Positions 13,040 through 24,160 of a stretch of 64,000 nt of DNA are shown piece by piece. The notes beneath the pieces were generated by a model. That model ran no database searches and was not told where the DNA came from. It saw only the letters and a program-made list of their open reading frames with translations. This DNA comes from Moniliella sp. 'wahieum' (lineage: Eukaryota): contig RSEE01000018.1 in the NCBI GenBank assembly GCA_003971905.1, forward strand, positions 1 through 64,000, read 5' to 3'. The translations under genes were made by a program, and so were the position numbers. Each line of letters opens with the position of its first letter. The stretch's first letter is position 1.

Positions 13040-13260
13040 CTGCAACCTATACCGCAGCCATACTATCATTGACAAGCTAAGGCTGAGACAAAGAACCGCT
13101 GCGCCTAACCCGACCCGTTCATCCGGCGTGTGCTGCTTGTGAGCGCCAAAATCCCGTTTAAGGAACCGGGGAATCGCCAGGAGATCAGAACCCTCTGATG
13201 CCCTACTAATACATCTGTTCCCATATCCGAGGAAGCGCGTGTGGATACGGAAGAACTACT
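13040..13260 (-). pseudogene. decayed ORF remnant, copy 2 (homologous to 9700-9910)
   Basis: Minus strand reads IHTRFLGYG...EGSDLLAIPRFL...DERVGL. It shares AGGAAGCGCGTGTGGA and ATCGCCAGGA.ATCAG.ACCCTC with copy 1. Confidence 0.45.
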
Positions 13261-15921
13261 TACACAACATAGCTAATCGAAATTTGCGATCACGAAGAGG
13301 TTGCGGGGAGACTTTGCCACAAGCTTAAAGCTTGACTGTCGTTCCCGCTTCACTATCACCGGCATTGCCACAAACTTGCGACAAGGAAGCTACTGGCGGT
13401 TACAACATATTCATGTTGGAGTGTGGTGGCATGTGACATGTGACATGCATGTTACACTACTTGGTGTGATGGCTTGAATTAAGCTTGAAGCTTGAAGCTT
13501 GATCGGCCATGTCGCTCTGGTATAACCGGAACTGGCTACAGATAAGTTCCGCGTCTTACGCACTCCGGATTGTTGGTTACCGTCACGCTTCGTTCCCCTC
13601 CATTTTCTTCTCCCTTTTGCATTCAAGGCCAGACTAGCGTCAGTAGCTTACCAGAAACTATCTCTGACTGTTTTTGTCCTGCACCGTGAAATCGTCCTTA
13701 GCTTGGAGTAGCGTAGCTACTTCTCGGTTAACGGACAATCGCGTTTTGGACTCTCATTGGTATATTAGGCATGGATAATTAGCCGAGGAACAACAAAAGG
13801 CAACGACAGGTAGTTGTTACATGTGCCTCAGGCCAGCAGCCAGAGACTTCGCCTTCATCGCTTAATCGCGAAAGAAAAACATCATGGGACTACCGAGATG
13901 ACGAGGAACCGAAGGGCAAAGATCAAGATCCAAGGGCCAAGGTGTCACAGGCGGATGAAGCGTCGTCGCGTTCGAAGAGGGAGAGAGAACTAGCAATGCG
14001 ACCCATGCAGTGGATGATCTGTGCGTAAGCCCGTACATGCACCGTGGTCGTTGTTACAGCACTTGAGTGCCATCTCCAGTCATCCGTAGTAGTCAAGGCG
14101 TTATCAGTGTATGGGTGGATACAGACAAAACACTGATACTCACCGTCGAGCCCCGGTGGGAGCAACCGTCACCGTCGACCACCCGCTCCTAGCGCCCTCG
14201 TCGTTGACGTTCAACTCGCTGTTGGGAGGAGCAACCGACACCTTGACGCGACCGATACCAGGTAAGACCATGCCACCAGGTGTGGCCGACTCGGTACCAG
14301 CGGCTGCCCACAGACGAGGCCGTAATAGCTGGGCATCGTACTCTCCCCTATATGTGCCCAGGACCTGTTGACAAAGCCGTAATTCAGATTTTCATGGCCA
14401 TCGCTACTATCATCGACCCTGCCATGCTAGTCTGTCGCGCCAAGTTCCCCTTTCTTATCCACCTCCCAAGCCGGTGCTGCTGTGGCCCCCCTCAAAAGCT
14501 AACACACAGCGTGAGGACGAGTTTGTCCGCGTTAGTATGCGCAATGCCGGCATTTTTACGAACCGCAAAGATATCTACGGGACTTGAACTACAAGGTGGC
14601 AGCACAGGAGAACCTGCAAGGCCTGCTATGCGGAGGGCGGGCGATCGAAATGCCCAGGGCAAAGCTCGTGATCCGCGATACAACTCCTCAGGTCAAGGTC
14701 ACTTTGGCTCGCATCAGGGCTACCGGATCGGCATATTTTGACTTAGACAGACCCTGTGCGGTGCTGGCACTAGGCCAGTGCTCTGGCCGCACGCATGCGC
14801 CTTTTTTGTGCTCCTGGGTTCGCGGCCCCTCCTGTCTTCTCTCCACGACCGACACCGCTTCCACTCGGTACCTCGTTCACCTACCGTGTTCTTCGTGATG
14901 AGCTCTCTTGCTGTTTCAGTCAGTAGGGGTCATCCGATTGCGGCCAGTTGGTCCCGGTTATCCAGTGGAGCGTATCTCCCGGACGGGCACCAACCCTGCG
15001 AGGACATCGAATGGCTAATACATCGCTCTCTTCCCTCTCTCTCCCACCACTCCATCGCTCCTCCCTCTCGTCCGCCCGTCCGCCCTCCCCAAATTCCGTT
15101 GCTCCTACTGTTCGTCTGTCGTCCCGGCCCAGGTCCTAGGGGCCATCTAAATGCGGCCACAGTTGGTCACGGCGCAACACAGGCATCCATTAAGTGTGGG
15201 GATATTGCAGACATTATGTTGTGGGGATAATAATGTGAGCATGGTGGTGTCATGCAGCTGGCGGGCCCCAGACTGGCCGATTCACAATTTAGGGGTGCTG
15301 TCCCTTGGAGGAGGACAAACCACGGCCGGTGGATCGAGCTTGAACACTCCCATTTTCCAAAAGAACGTAAGTCTCAAAGCCCACACACCTACAGGGTTAA
15401 GGATAGTTTTTGTGCCACGACCGGCCACGACCGATTATGGGCGAATGGCTGCTGTGGAATGGGCACAAGTATGGAGGTCCGGAGACACTTGGCGACTTTC
15501 ACACGGCTGGCTTACCTTCATTAACCTCAACGAAGCTTAGCTTCAAGCTTCATCTGGCCGCAGCCTATTATCCGCCACACGCTCGATGCTCACCGTGATA
15601 TTTTCTATCCCTGTCGCGGTACCTCTCTCTGACATGTCAACAGGGACGAGAATTGTGGAATTCACGAGGGCAAGGGCCCGTTGGTATACGACATACACTG
15701 GACTTTCGTCTTCTATACCTCACGTCCCCAGCCAATTGATTTGAATGAAGAAAATGCAACCAAATGCAGTCGTTTGGATTATACATTCGGTGCCAGCAGC
15801 AGTAGAGAGAGATAGGCAAAACAAAAGCCTCTTGAACACACAAAGAGCACAGGATCAAAAAAGATGAAAACAAAAGAATAAAACACAAGCATGTCATGCG
15901 TATACCTGATCGGAAAAATCA

Positions 15922-17564
15922 CTACGATTGGAACACGAAGACTCCTTATGCTCTTTGAACAGTGTCTGCTCATCAATCTTGGCTCCGTCCGACGAGCGGA
16001 AGAAGCGGGAAGTGACGTGGGTCTTGTTGTGTACGGTGAGCGTGGCAAGGCATAATCATGATCGTTGCCCCAGACAAAGCGTCGGGGAAAGTGAGTGATT
16101 TGGTCAAGCCTTCAATGTTGCCGGCAGCGCCGGCGACGAGGTAGACGGGGGCCTTGGGGTTGTTGTAGCCGGCCTTGTCGGTCTTGTTTCCGCGCAAGGG
16201 GAGGAACCGCTGGGAATTGTGCTCGTGGCCAAACCAGGCAAGGTCGACGCCATGTTGGTACAGGATTTCGTCAAACGCTGCGCCGCACGTCACACACGCA
16301 TCGGTCGCGGAGTTGGTGGTGTACCACGGTCGGTGCCCACCAACAAAGATCCAGGGCGTCACGCTGCGGTCCACGCTGGCCAGATCGGCCTTGAGCCAGT
16401 CAAGTTGCTGGCCCTTGTAGCCAAACGGACCGGAGAACAGGTTGGCAGCCTCAATTCCATCGGGCGAATCCGGGAAATCGGTCTCGGTGTTGATCATGGC
16501 TACATGGGCCAGGCCGTAATCAAACGAGTACCACATGGGCGGGTTGGCCAGCGAAGCCGCCTTCTCTCGCAGTGCCACCGCCGTCTTGTTAGTTGAGGTG
16601 GAGGGGAACGCTTTGGGGATCGTTAGCCCGAAGCGACCGCGAAATTCGGTAAAGTTGGAAAAGCCCTCGGGACAAAGGCCCACCCAGTAGCCCGACTCGG
16701 TACAGTCTGCCTCGTGGTTCCCAGGACCTACCATGTAGGGCACCCGGCCCGAGATGGGCGCAAGCTGGTCGTAGAACCGTTCCTCCACCGCCTCGTACGA
16801 TGAAACTCCCTCCCGGGCATCTTCTTTGTTCCAGTACCAATCGTCACTGTACGCAAGGTCGCCCGCATGCGCAACAAAGTCCAGCCCATTGCTCAGGTCG
16901 GGATTCCCCCCTCCAATGGCATGGGCGAGCGCGTCGATTGTTGTGTGGGTCAGGTTGGGCTCGATCCAAGGAATGTCCCGCTTGGAGAGAGTGTTGAACC
17001 CTTGCCCAATGACTAACGAATACCATGATGGGGAGAAGAGAATATAAAAGGCAACATGATGTGAGTAATTTCAAGTTGTGAATAAAAACGGACGCGTCGC
17101 GACCAAGGAAAAAGAACGTACCGAATCCTTCTGAACCATACAGACCCATGTCGGTGACGAGGGCAAACGTAAACTCCCCGCTCGCGCCAGGAGCCTGGCA
17201 GTTTTGAAGGTCCAAGCCGACGAGTTGGTGGACTGGATCTTGTAAAAGTATTTCTGGTCCGACTCGAGACCCTTGAGGTGGACGCTGTGCTGATACTGGC
17301 GCGTATCAGGGATCGTGTGCGTCTCCCCCTCACAAGCAGTGGTGTTGAGGGATTGTTCTTCCGTGCCGTACGCAACACACACTTTGTCCAAGGGCTCGTA
17401 CGTGGCCCAGGCCACCACCACAGTATGCGGCGCAAACAGAGAGAGTCGTTGGCCTGACGGGGTTGTCTTGTCTTCCGGGAGGGGGGAAAGACGGTGTCGG
17501 CGTGGACCATCATCGACGACGCTGCCAACAGGCTTGCAGCCACCAGTGCCAGTGACGGATACAT
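15922..17564 (-). CDS. secreted purple acid phosphatase, copy 2
   Basis: MYPSLALVAASLLAASSMMVHA, TDMG, GDLAYSD, GPGNHE, VGGHRPWY, FGHEH and AGAAGNIEG. Intron at the same position as copy 1 (~17012-17121). C-terminus IDEQTLFKEHKES(F)VFQS*. Confidence 0.93.
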
Positions 17565-18651
17565 GATGTGGGGAGTGAGTGTGGCAGAAGAGGGACGCGG
17601 GTTGGGGTTCGGGTATAAGAGCGGGCAAAGGCGTGGGTTGGTGGGGTAGTTGCTTATATACGTCTCCTCTTTGCTGAGATGTGGGCTGTCCCATTTTGCC
17701 AGTATCGGAGGGAGAGAGGGGGTGCCCCGGGAGAGGGAAAGCAAGGTAGGAAAAAGAATTCCATTACGGTATAGAATCCCAAAGACTGGTCGTATGTGGG
17801 AAGAGGATTCGATGGGCGAGCACGGGCCATTCTATAGCGCCCGTGCCATACCGTCTGCGCTTCTTTTTCGGGTCCCGCGCTCCATCACTGGCTGGGGGCA
17901 TATGGATTTGCCATCTGCTTGAAATTCTGCTGCTCGTCAACGCAACGTACTGACTTGTTTCGCTGCCCCATCCGCCGGGATTCCATATGTTGTTACAAAA
18001 GATCTGCCCCAACGTCAGCTGCCAGTGGGGGAAGTATAGAACTGATGCTGAGCAGCAGGCAACCGGCGCAACCTACAAAATGGACGAATGAGCGCACGTG
18101 CGTGCTGTGCGAAGAAGCAGACGCACGAGTGCGTTCTGCTACCCATCAGCTGCTCCACACCTGCTCGCCCGCAAATATCCCGGGGCGGGGCGAGCTGGTG
18201 CAAAGTGTTATGATTAGCAGCGGATTAGTAACCGCAGGGTGTCTGTGCTCAGCGGGTGCACCCCTGTAAGTAAGGGATGGATGTGACATGTGGTGTGATG
18301 TGATGTGCGGCATGTGGCATGTGGCATGCGAGCGGGGGCCTACGTGCGGGTGCTCGGCGCAACGCGTCACGTGCACATTCCGCTTGAAATGTAAAGATGG
18401 CTTACGCCGGCTGGGTTAAGCTTTCGGCTGGGGACGCCCATTTAAGCTTTGGGCAGATCGAAGCCAGGGTGGATGTCGTGTATGTACCCCCGACACCTCC
18501 CAGCACGCCTCGGGCTGATCTGAGGGCGGGGGTCAGGCGGCCAGGCCAGCCTCAGGCTCTCTGGGCGCCTGGGCAGCCTCCCACGCACGCCCCCACGCCC
18601 ACGCCTCTGCCCGCTGCCTTCCACCTCCCCTTGCCACCACCGCCTTCTGCC

Positions 18652-21600
18652 ATGTGCCCCACCTCCTCCACCGCGGCCCTGCCCATCGCTGCGCGCTACA
18701 CTGCCCAGCGCGAGGCCGACGAGCGCGAGGCACTTCGTCGCCAGCAGACCAGTGGCCGCCGTCCCTATCTTCCCATCGATGCCCTGCCCACGCACGCTAC
18801 TGGACAGCCTGGCCACCACTCGCCCCGCCCGTCACCTTCACCCCCATCTCCCACCCGCCTCGCGCCCCGCCCAGCACCCGTCCGCGGGCCTTGTCTCTGC
18901 AGCGCCGTGGAGTCGCCGTAGATCCTCCTCCTCTTCGCTCCGCTGCCACCGCCGCCACCGCCGCCACCGCCGTAGCGTCGGCGTCCGCGTTGCCCTCCAC
19001 GCCAGCTCGTTCCATTCTTCGTTCGCCAGCTGCCAGCTCGCTTTCGCAGCTGTCCGATCTACCCGCTGCCTCGGGCACTGCCTCCCTACGCCCACCTCCC
19101 CCCGGGCCGGGTGGGGTTGGGCCCCCAGATCACGTGGCACGACCGCGATAGTGTGGCCGCTTTGATGGGGGGGAACAGGGTGAGGCGACTGGCCCCCGCC
19201 TCGGCCTCGGCGGAACAGCAGTCTGCGCTCCTTGGCTTCGTCTCGTCCCAAGGAGCCACGGGAGAAACAGGGCGCGGAGCCGGCTTCGGTGCAGACCCCT
19301 CGTAAAGGGTGGAAGGTTGCTAACATTTTCCAAGCCGCGTAGGAACAAATCCGTATCTAGCGCTGAGCTGCCTACCCGTGCCGCTACTGGTCTCCCAGCA
19401 CGTAGCGCCTCGCACGACCATACCTCATCACGAGGTGATGGGGTTCCACCGATCGCTGCCACTTCCAAGGGTGCTGCCCAGCCTCCCCGCCACTCCCATC
19501 GTCCACCTCGGCCTCGCGCACCCAGGCTACCTCCAAGGCGCACCAACCAGGCACGGCCAACGTCGGGTTCGGTCTCTCCTCGTCCCATGGAGGGAACGCC
19601 TGACGCACGTCCTTCAGGGGAGGCGGTGGCCGAGCCCGAACTTGGAGATGATCCAATTCATCACGCGAACTCGCGCGAGGATTCGTCCCTACCTGTCCAG
19701 CTCGCTGGTCCGCACGCCACGTCTCTTCCCGGACTGCCCCGGCTGGCGCCGCGCCGGGGCCCTCGCCTTCTGCGTCTGCGTCTGCGTCTCCATCTCCATA
19801 TCACCATGGCATGGTGGCCGCTGACCAACTTTCTTCCCCGCCCATGCCACCTCGGTCGTCCCTACGACCGGGCCCAATACCTTGCCCGTGTTGCGACGTC
19901 GTCAGAAGGTGCCGTCTTCGTCCCGCTCCAGGCGGCGGGCGGGGCGATCGCTTCGAATGATATGGTGCGTAGTGTGCTTGTTACCTGGTACCGTGGTGTG
20001 GTGTGGAGTCCTGGCGGACTGCCGAATCTCGGCGGTGGGATTGTTTTTCTTTGCTTGTCTGGACTTATGCTGACATGTGACTTGCTGTTGGGTGGGTGTA
20101 GGATGCCTGGGTGTCCTTTTGGATCGGCAAGAGGACTTGTCTGAGCTGGACTCGGTCGGTTCGCGCTCTTATTCAGGGGCGTCGACGGTGGCGCCTGACA
20201 GCCCGGCCGATCTGCCGCTGCGGGCTGGCACGGTTGACCCAGTACCCGCGCTCTGCGCTTCGGCTTGGTGGGGGTGCCAAGCGATACCGTCGACGGAGGC
20301 AACTCCGTTTCCCTCGCCGCCTCGCTCCACGCCCGATCCTGGGGCATCCACGGTTCCGCCTAACCAGTACGGGGGCAGCTTGACCCATCAGACTGCTGCG
20401 GCGCCGTTGTCGCCTCCACTCCGCCTCCACCTCCGCTTCCGCCTTTCCCCCGGCCCTCCTGCGCGCTTCCGGTCCCGATATCCAGGCCGGACCGAGCGAC
20501 GACAGGGGAGCCGAGGAGGGAGACGCGGAAGCGGAGGCGGAGGTGGAAACGGAAAGGGACGCGGAAACGGAAGGCGTGTCGGAAGCGAGTCTACCGCGGT
20601 GGACGGACGAACAGTGCGGGCTACGCGGCCAGTGGCAGCGAATCGACCGATACCGTTCGCACGCCTGTGCCTAGCATTGAGCGAGCGGCGCAAGAAGCGC
20701 AACCTCGTTTTGCGCTGGCTGCGACTGGGGGCGCGGTACCGCGGGCGGCCATGGTACCAGCTGCTGCTGCGCCGTGGAGAGGGTGAGCGTTGCGCTGTCG
20801 GCCATGGGCCCGGGGATCGGTTGTCGGGGTTGCATGTGCGTGGGGCGCTGAGCAGGTCGGTGCCAGGGGCAGGAAGACGGGTCGGGGTTGGCAGGCAAAC
20901 ACGATGCCTCGGTTCGGTAGCGCCGACGCGACCCGCGCGCCGCCGACCGAGAGGCACGGAAGGTGGGCGTGACTCGGCTGTTCACGCTCCGTATGCCGGC
21001 GGACTTCCGGTGATGGTGGTGCCGATGGACGAGCGTCGGTCGCCCGAGCCCGAGACGGCGGAGGAGCAGCTGCTCGTCTCGCCCGACTCGTCGCCTCGCA
21101 ACGCGACCGCGTTGGCCAGTTCAGATGTTCCTGTGGCTGAGTGCTGGCGATGGGTACGGAGGTGCGGCGCTGGCGCAGGCACTGCCCCCAGCGTGCTTCC
21201 GCCCCAGCGCCCAGTCGGCCCAGTCGGCCGCTGAGATGGGCCGGATCCAAGTGGACTTGGCTGCGCTGCGCCGGGTGGGGCAGGGGGGCGTGTCGGATTT
21301 GAAGGGGGCACGCAGGCCAGCTTGGATGCGCTGTACGTGCGCGACGGGGATGCGAAGCGGTGCGGCCGAAGAATGCGTACCTGGTATCGGAGGCGTTTGC
21401 GTACGAGCGCATGATGGGTGCGCCGCGGGACGAGGCGGCACGGCTGGACGGGAGCTGTGGCGGAGGCGGACGGACCAAAGGGTGGCAGTGGCGCCGAGGT
21501 GGGTCGGGCCTGCGTGTGGTTCGGGGAGGACGGGGAGCAGTGAGCCCGCTGGTTCGGGCATGCCCGTGGCCATGTGGGACGAGGACGAGGACGAGGAAGG

Positions 21601-21830
21601 AGCGACGGGTGGGCCGGTGGGTTGGCTCAGTTTGGCCTCGGTCGCTTTACCGCCCGAAGCGGCTCCGTCCGTGTCGACGCTCCAGTCGGACGATCGACGG
21701 AGCTGGAGACGCCTAGGCCCATCGCCTCGCCCCCGCGCCGGCCCCGCCACCTGGGTGGGGGCCGCGCGACATTGCCCTTGGCGTACCATTTCCTGGGACG
21801 CCGATCCGCCCCCCATCATTACTGATATAG
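18652..21830 (+). CDS. large low-complexity protein, possibly C3HC zinc-finger/Rsm1 (NIPA)-like; heavily frameshifted
   Basis: PYDRAQYLARVAT at ~19860 resembles the start of the C3HC domain, and HCPW occurs near 21770. A probable intron lies at ~19966-20100. Exon structure is unresolved. Confidence 0.4.
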
Positions 21831-21924
21831 TACTGATACTGAACGCGTTTTTGTACCTCATCTTGGTTTCGTTTCTCGCTCCTTGGTAGTATCGGTATCA
21901 TCAGGCCTCTATCTGGTTGTCCCG

Positions 21925-22002
21925 TTTGCTTTGCTTTGCTTTGCTTTGCTTTGCTTTGCTTTGCTTTGCTTTGCTTTGCTTTGCTTTGCTTTGCTTTGCT
22001 TT
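21925..22002. repeat. (TTTGC)n microsatellite
   Basis: About 15 perfect units between convergent 3' ends. Confidence 0.98.
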
Positions 22003-22238
22003 TCCCCCATTAGTGTCCACAGGTTGTTACTCATCTGCTGCGAGATAGCTCTCGATAGCCTAGCAATTCTCACTGAGAGGAAGCGACGTGAGCTGGAGCA
22101 CAGCGGCCTAAAACAAACTCGCGGTTACATGGCAAAAGTCTTCCCCCCCTTTGCCTGGCAAACAAAATGCTGAGAGTAGAGCGCTGGGAGGGCATCAGGC
22201 ATCAGCAGCGCCAACCACAATGAATTAGCAAGACGTCA

Positions 22239-23900
22239 TCATAAAGTGGCAGTACACTGGATACGTGCGTGGCAAGTTATGCTACCGGAGTCCGCTGGGG
22301 CAGTGGTGGGGCCTCCGAAGCCGCCGGGGGGGGCGGCGGCGAGCCCGCTGCCAAAGCGACGGGCGGGGGTCCGAGGGCGGCGGTCGGGGGCATCGTGGCC
22401 CTGGAGGAGCGCGCGGGTCTTGTCGCGGTACGCGGCCAACGTCAGGCTGGGCCAGCCTCGGGCGGGAGGAAGCGCAGGTTGGGTTGGGCGAGCCAGTGGG
22501 CGACGTAGGTAGGTCGCGGTTCGGACGTGGGCGTGAGGTGGCGGTACAGCTCCAAGGGACGCAAGTCGATGCGCAGGCCGGTTGGCGGGTAAGGGGGCTG
22601 GGGACGGGGGCTGGTCGGGTCGGGGCTGTGGGTGCGGCGGCAGGAACGAGGCCGGGTGACGCTCGTCTTGCAATAGTTTGGCCTCCAACTCGTCCACCAC
22701 CCGACCATTTCCTCCGTCCGTTGTCTGCCCTGCTTCTCCGGGCGGAACTCGGCATTGCCCAGACGCGGGCGCAGTTCCGGATGGTGGGCGAGCGCGGCAG
22801 AGAGCATGCGGAACAAGTGCATACGCACCGCGCCTCCCGGAGCGGGCGTCTTGAGCGTTTCGAGGATGGTCAGGTACTCGCGCCCAACGCCACCACGTGC
22901 GGGTGGGTGGGCGTGGGAGCGTGAATATGAGAGCTGGGTGTTGGCACAGGAAGCGGGGTGGCAAAGATGGCTGGGTTGGCCAGGTGCCCTTCAGCGGCCA
23001 TGATGGCGTCGGCTCCCGTAGCTTGCAAGGCATCGTCCATGTCCTGGGGGAGGAGCACGTTTCCGTTGGCCACGACGGGGATGCTCACGCTCTGCTTGAC
23101 AAGGCGGATCTGGTCCCAATCCGCGAGACCCGAAAGCTGCGCGCGCATCTCCCTCGTTCGCCCATGCACCGTGAGGATTTGCGCGCCGGCCGCTCGAGCA
23201 TGCGCGCATACGCCACTGTCCGTTCTGGGTCGGGGAACACACGCATCTGACCGTGACGGGGACCTTGGCGCGCCGATGCAGTGCGCTGACCAACTGGAAG
23301 ATCAGGGGCCATTCGTCAAAAACGCGCCGTAGTGGCCCTTTTTCGCAATGCCCTGAGGACAGCCGAGGTTGAGATCGACAGCATCGCACTTGTCGGCCAG
23401 GTCGTTGGCAGCGCCCACGAGCAGCTCGGGGTCGTCGCCACAGAACTGGACCACGAGCGGCCGGTCCGTATCGGGGAGGCGACGGCCGAGGTCGATGTGG
23501 GCCGCGCCCTCTTCGCCGAGGTGCTGGTTAAAGGCACCTTGGCGGAACTTGGCCTTGCCGGGGTTGTGGGCCGCGTACAGGCGGGAGTGGATCATGGGCG
23601 TGTAGCACAGGTCGGCGCCGTGGCGGCGGGCGAGGACACGCCAGGCAAGCTCGCTGCCGTCGACATGGGCGCGACAATCTTCGTGGGCTGGCCGAGGGCA
23701 CGCCACAGGTGCCAGGAGGCGAGCTTGGGGTGCTCGGGCGCGGCGGGGGGCGGGAAGGCGTCGAGGGGCAGGATGGGCGGGGAGGGCGGGGCGGTGGTGG
23801 GCACCTTGTGCTTGCGGGCGGCGGGCGTGGTGTGGAGGCGGCGCCGCAGCCCATCGCGGCCGACGGCAGGAGGCGCGTGGCGGAGCGCAGGCCGGCACAT
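22239..23900 (-). CDS. DUS1: tRNA-dihydrouridine synthase, Dus1 type
   Basis: KIVAPM(V)[78 protein letters not shown] and [10 protein letters not shown]. Start and stop are approximate. Confidence 0.92.
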
Positions 23901-24160
23901 GCTGCTCCCGGCGCTCGACTGGGGCGGGCAGGGCCAGGGCCAGAGGTGGTGTGGTGGGCCGCACGAGAAGAACATTAGGATGAACGTTTCATGTGGCGTT
24001 TTCAACCCTACGGCTGTGGCAGAGACCAACATCCAGCTGGATGACGTAATGCCCCGCCCCCCGCTCCCCGCTGCCCGCCCCCGGCCGACGCGACGCGCCG
24101 CCCGAGGCGTTTCGCCCGGCGCGGCAGACACGCCCACCATCGGCAGGGAGTTGTGCTGGG

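Noticed and set aside
13080..13135. CTGAGA-containing segment resembling a TPP riboswitch
   Set aside because: It lacks the CCTGAT...TAAT..C.GCG core, is not in a thiamine gene, and is explained by the duplicated remnant.
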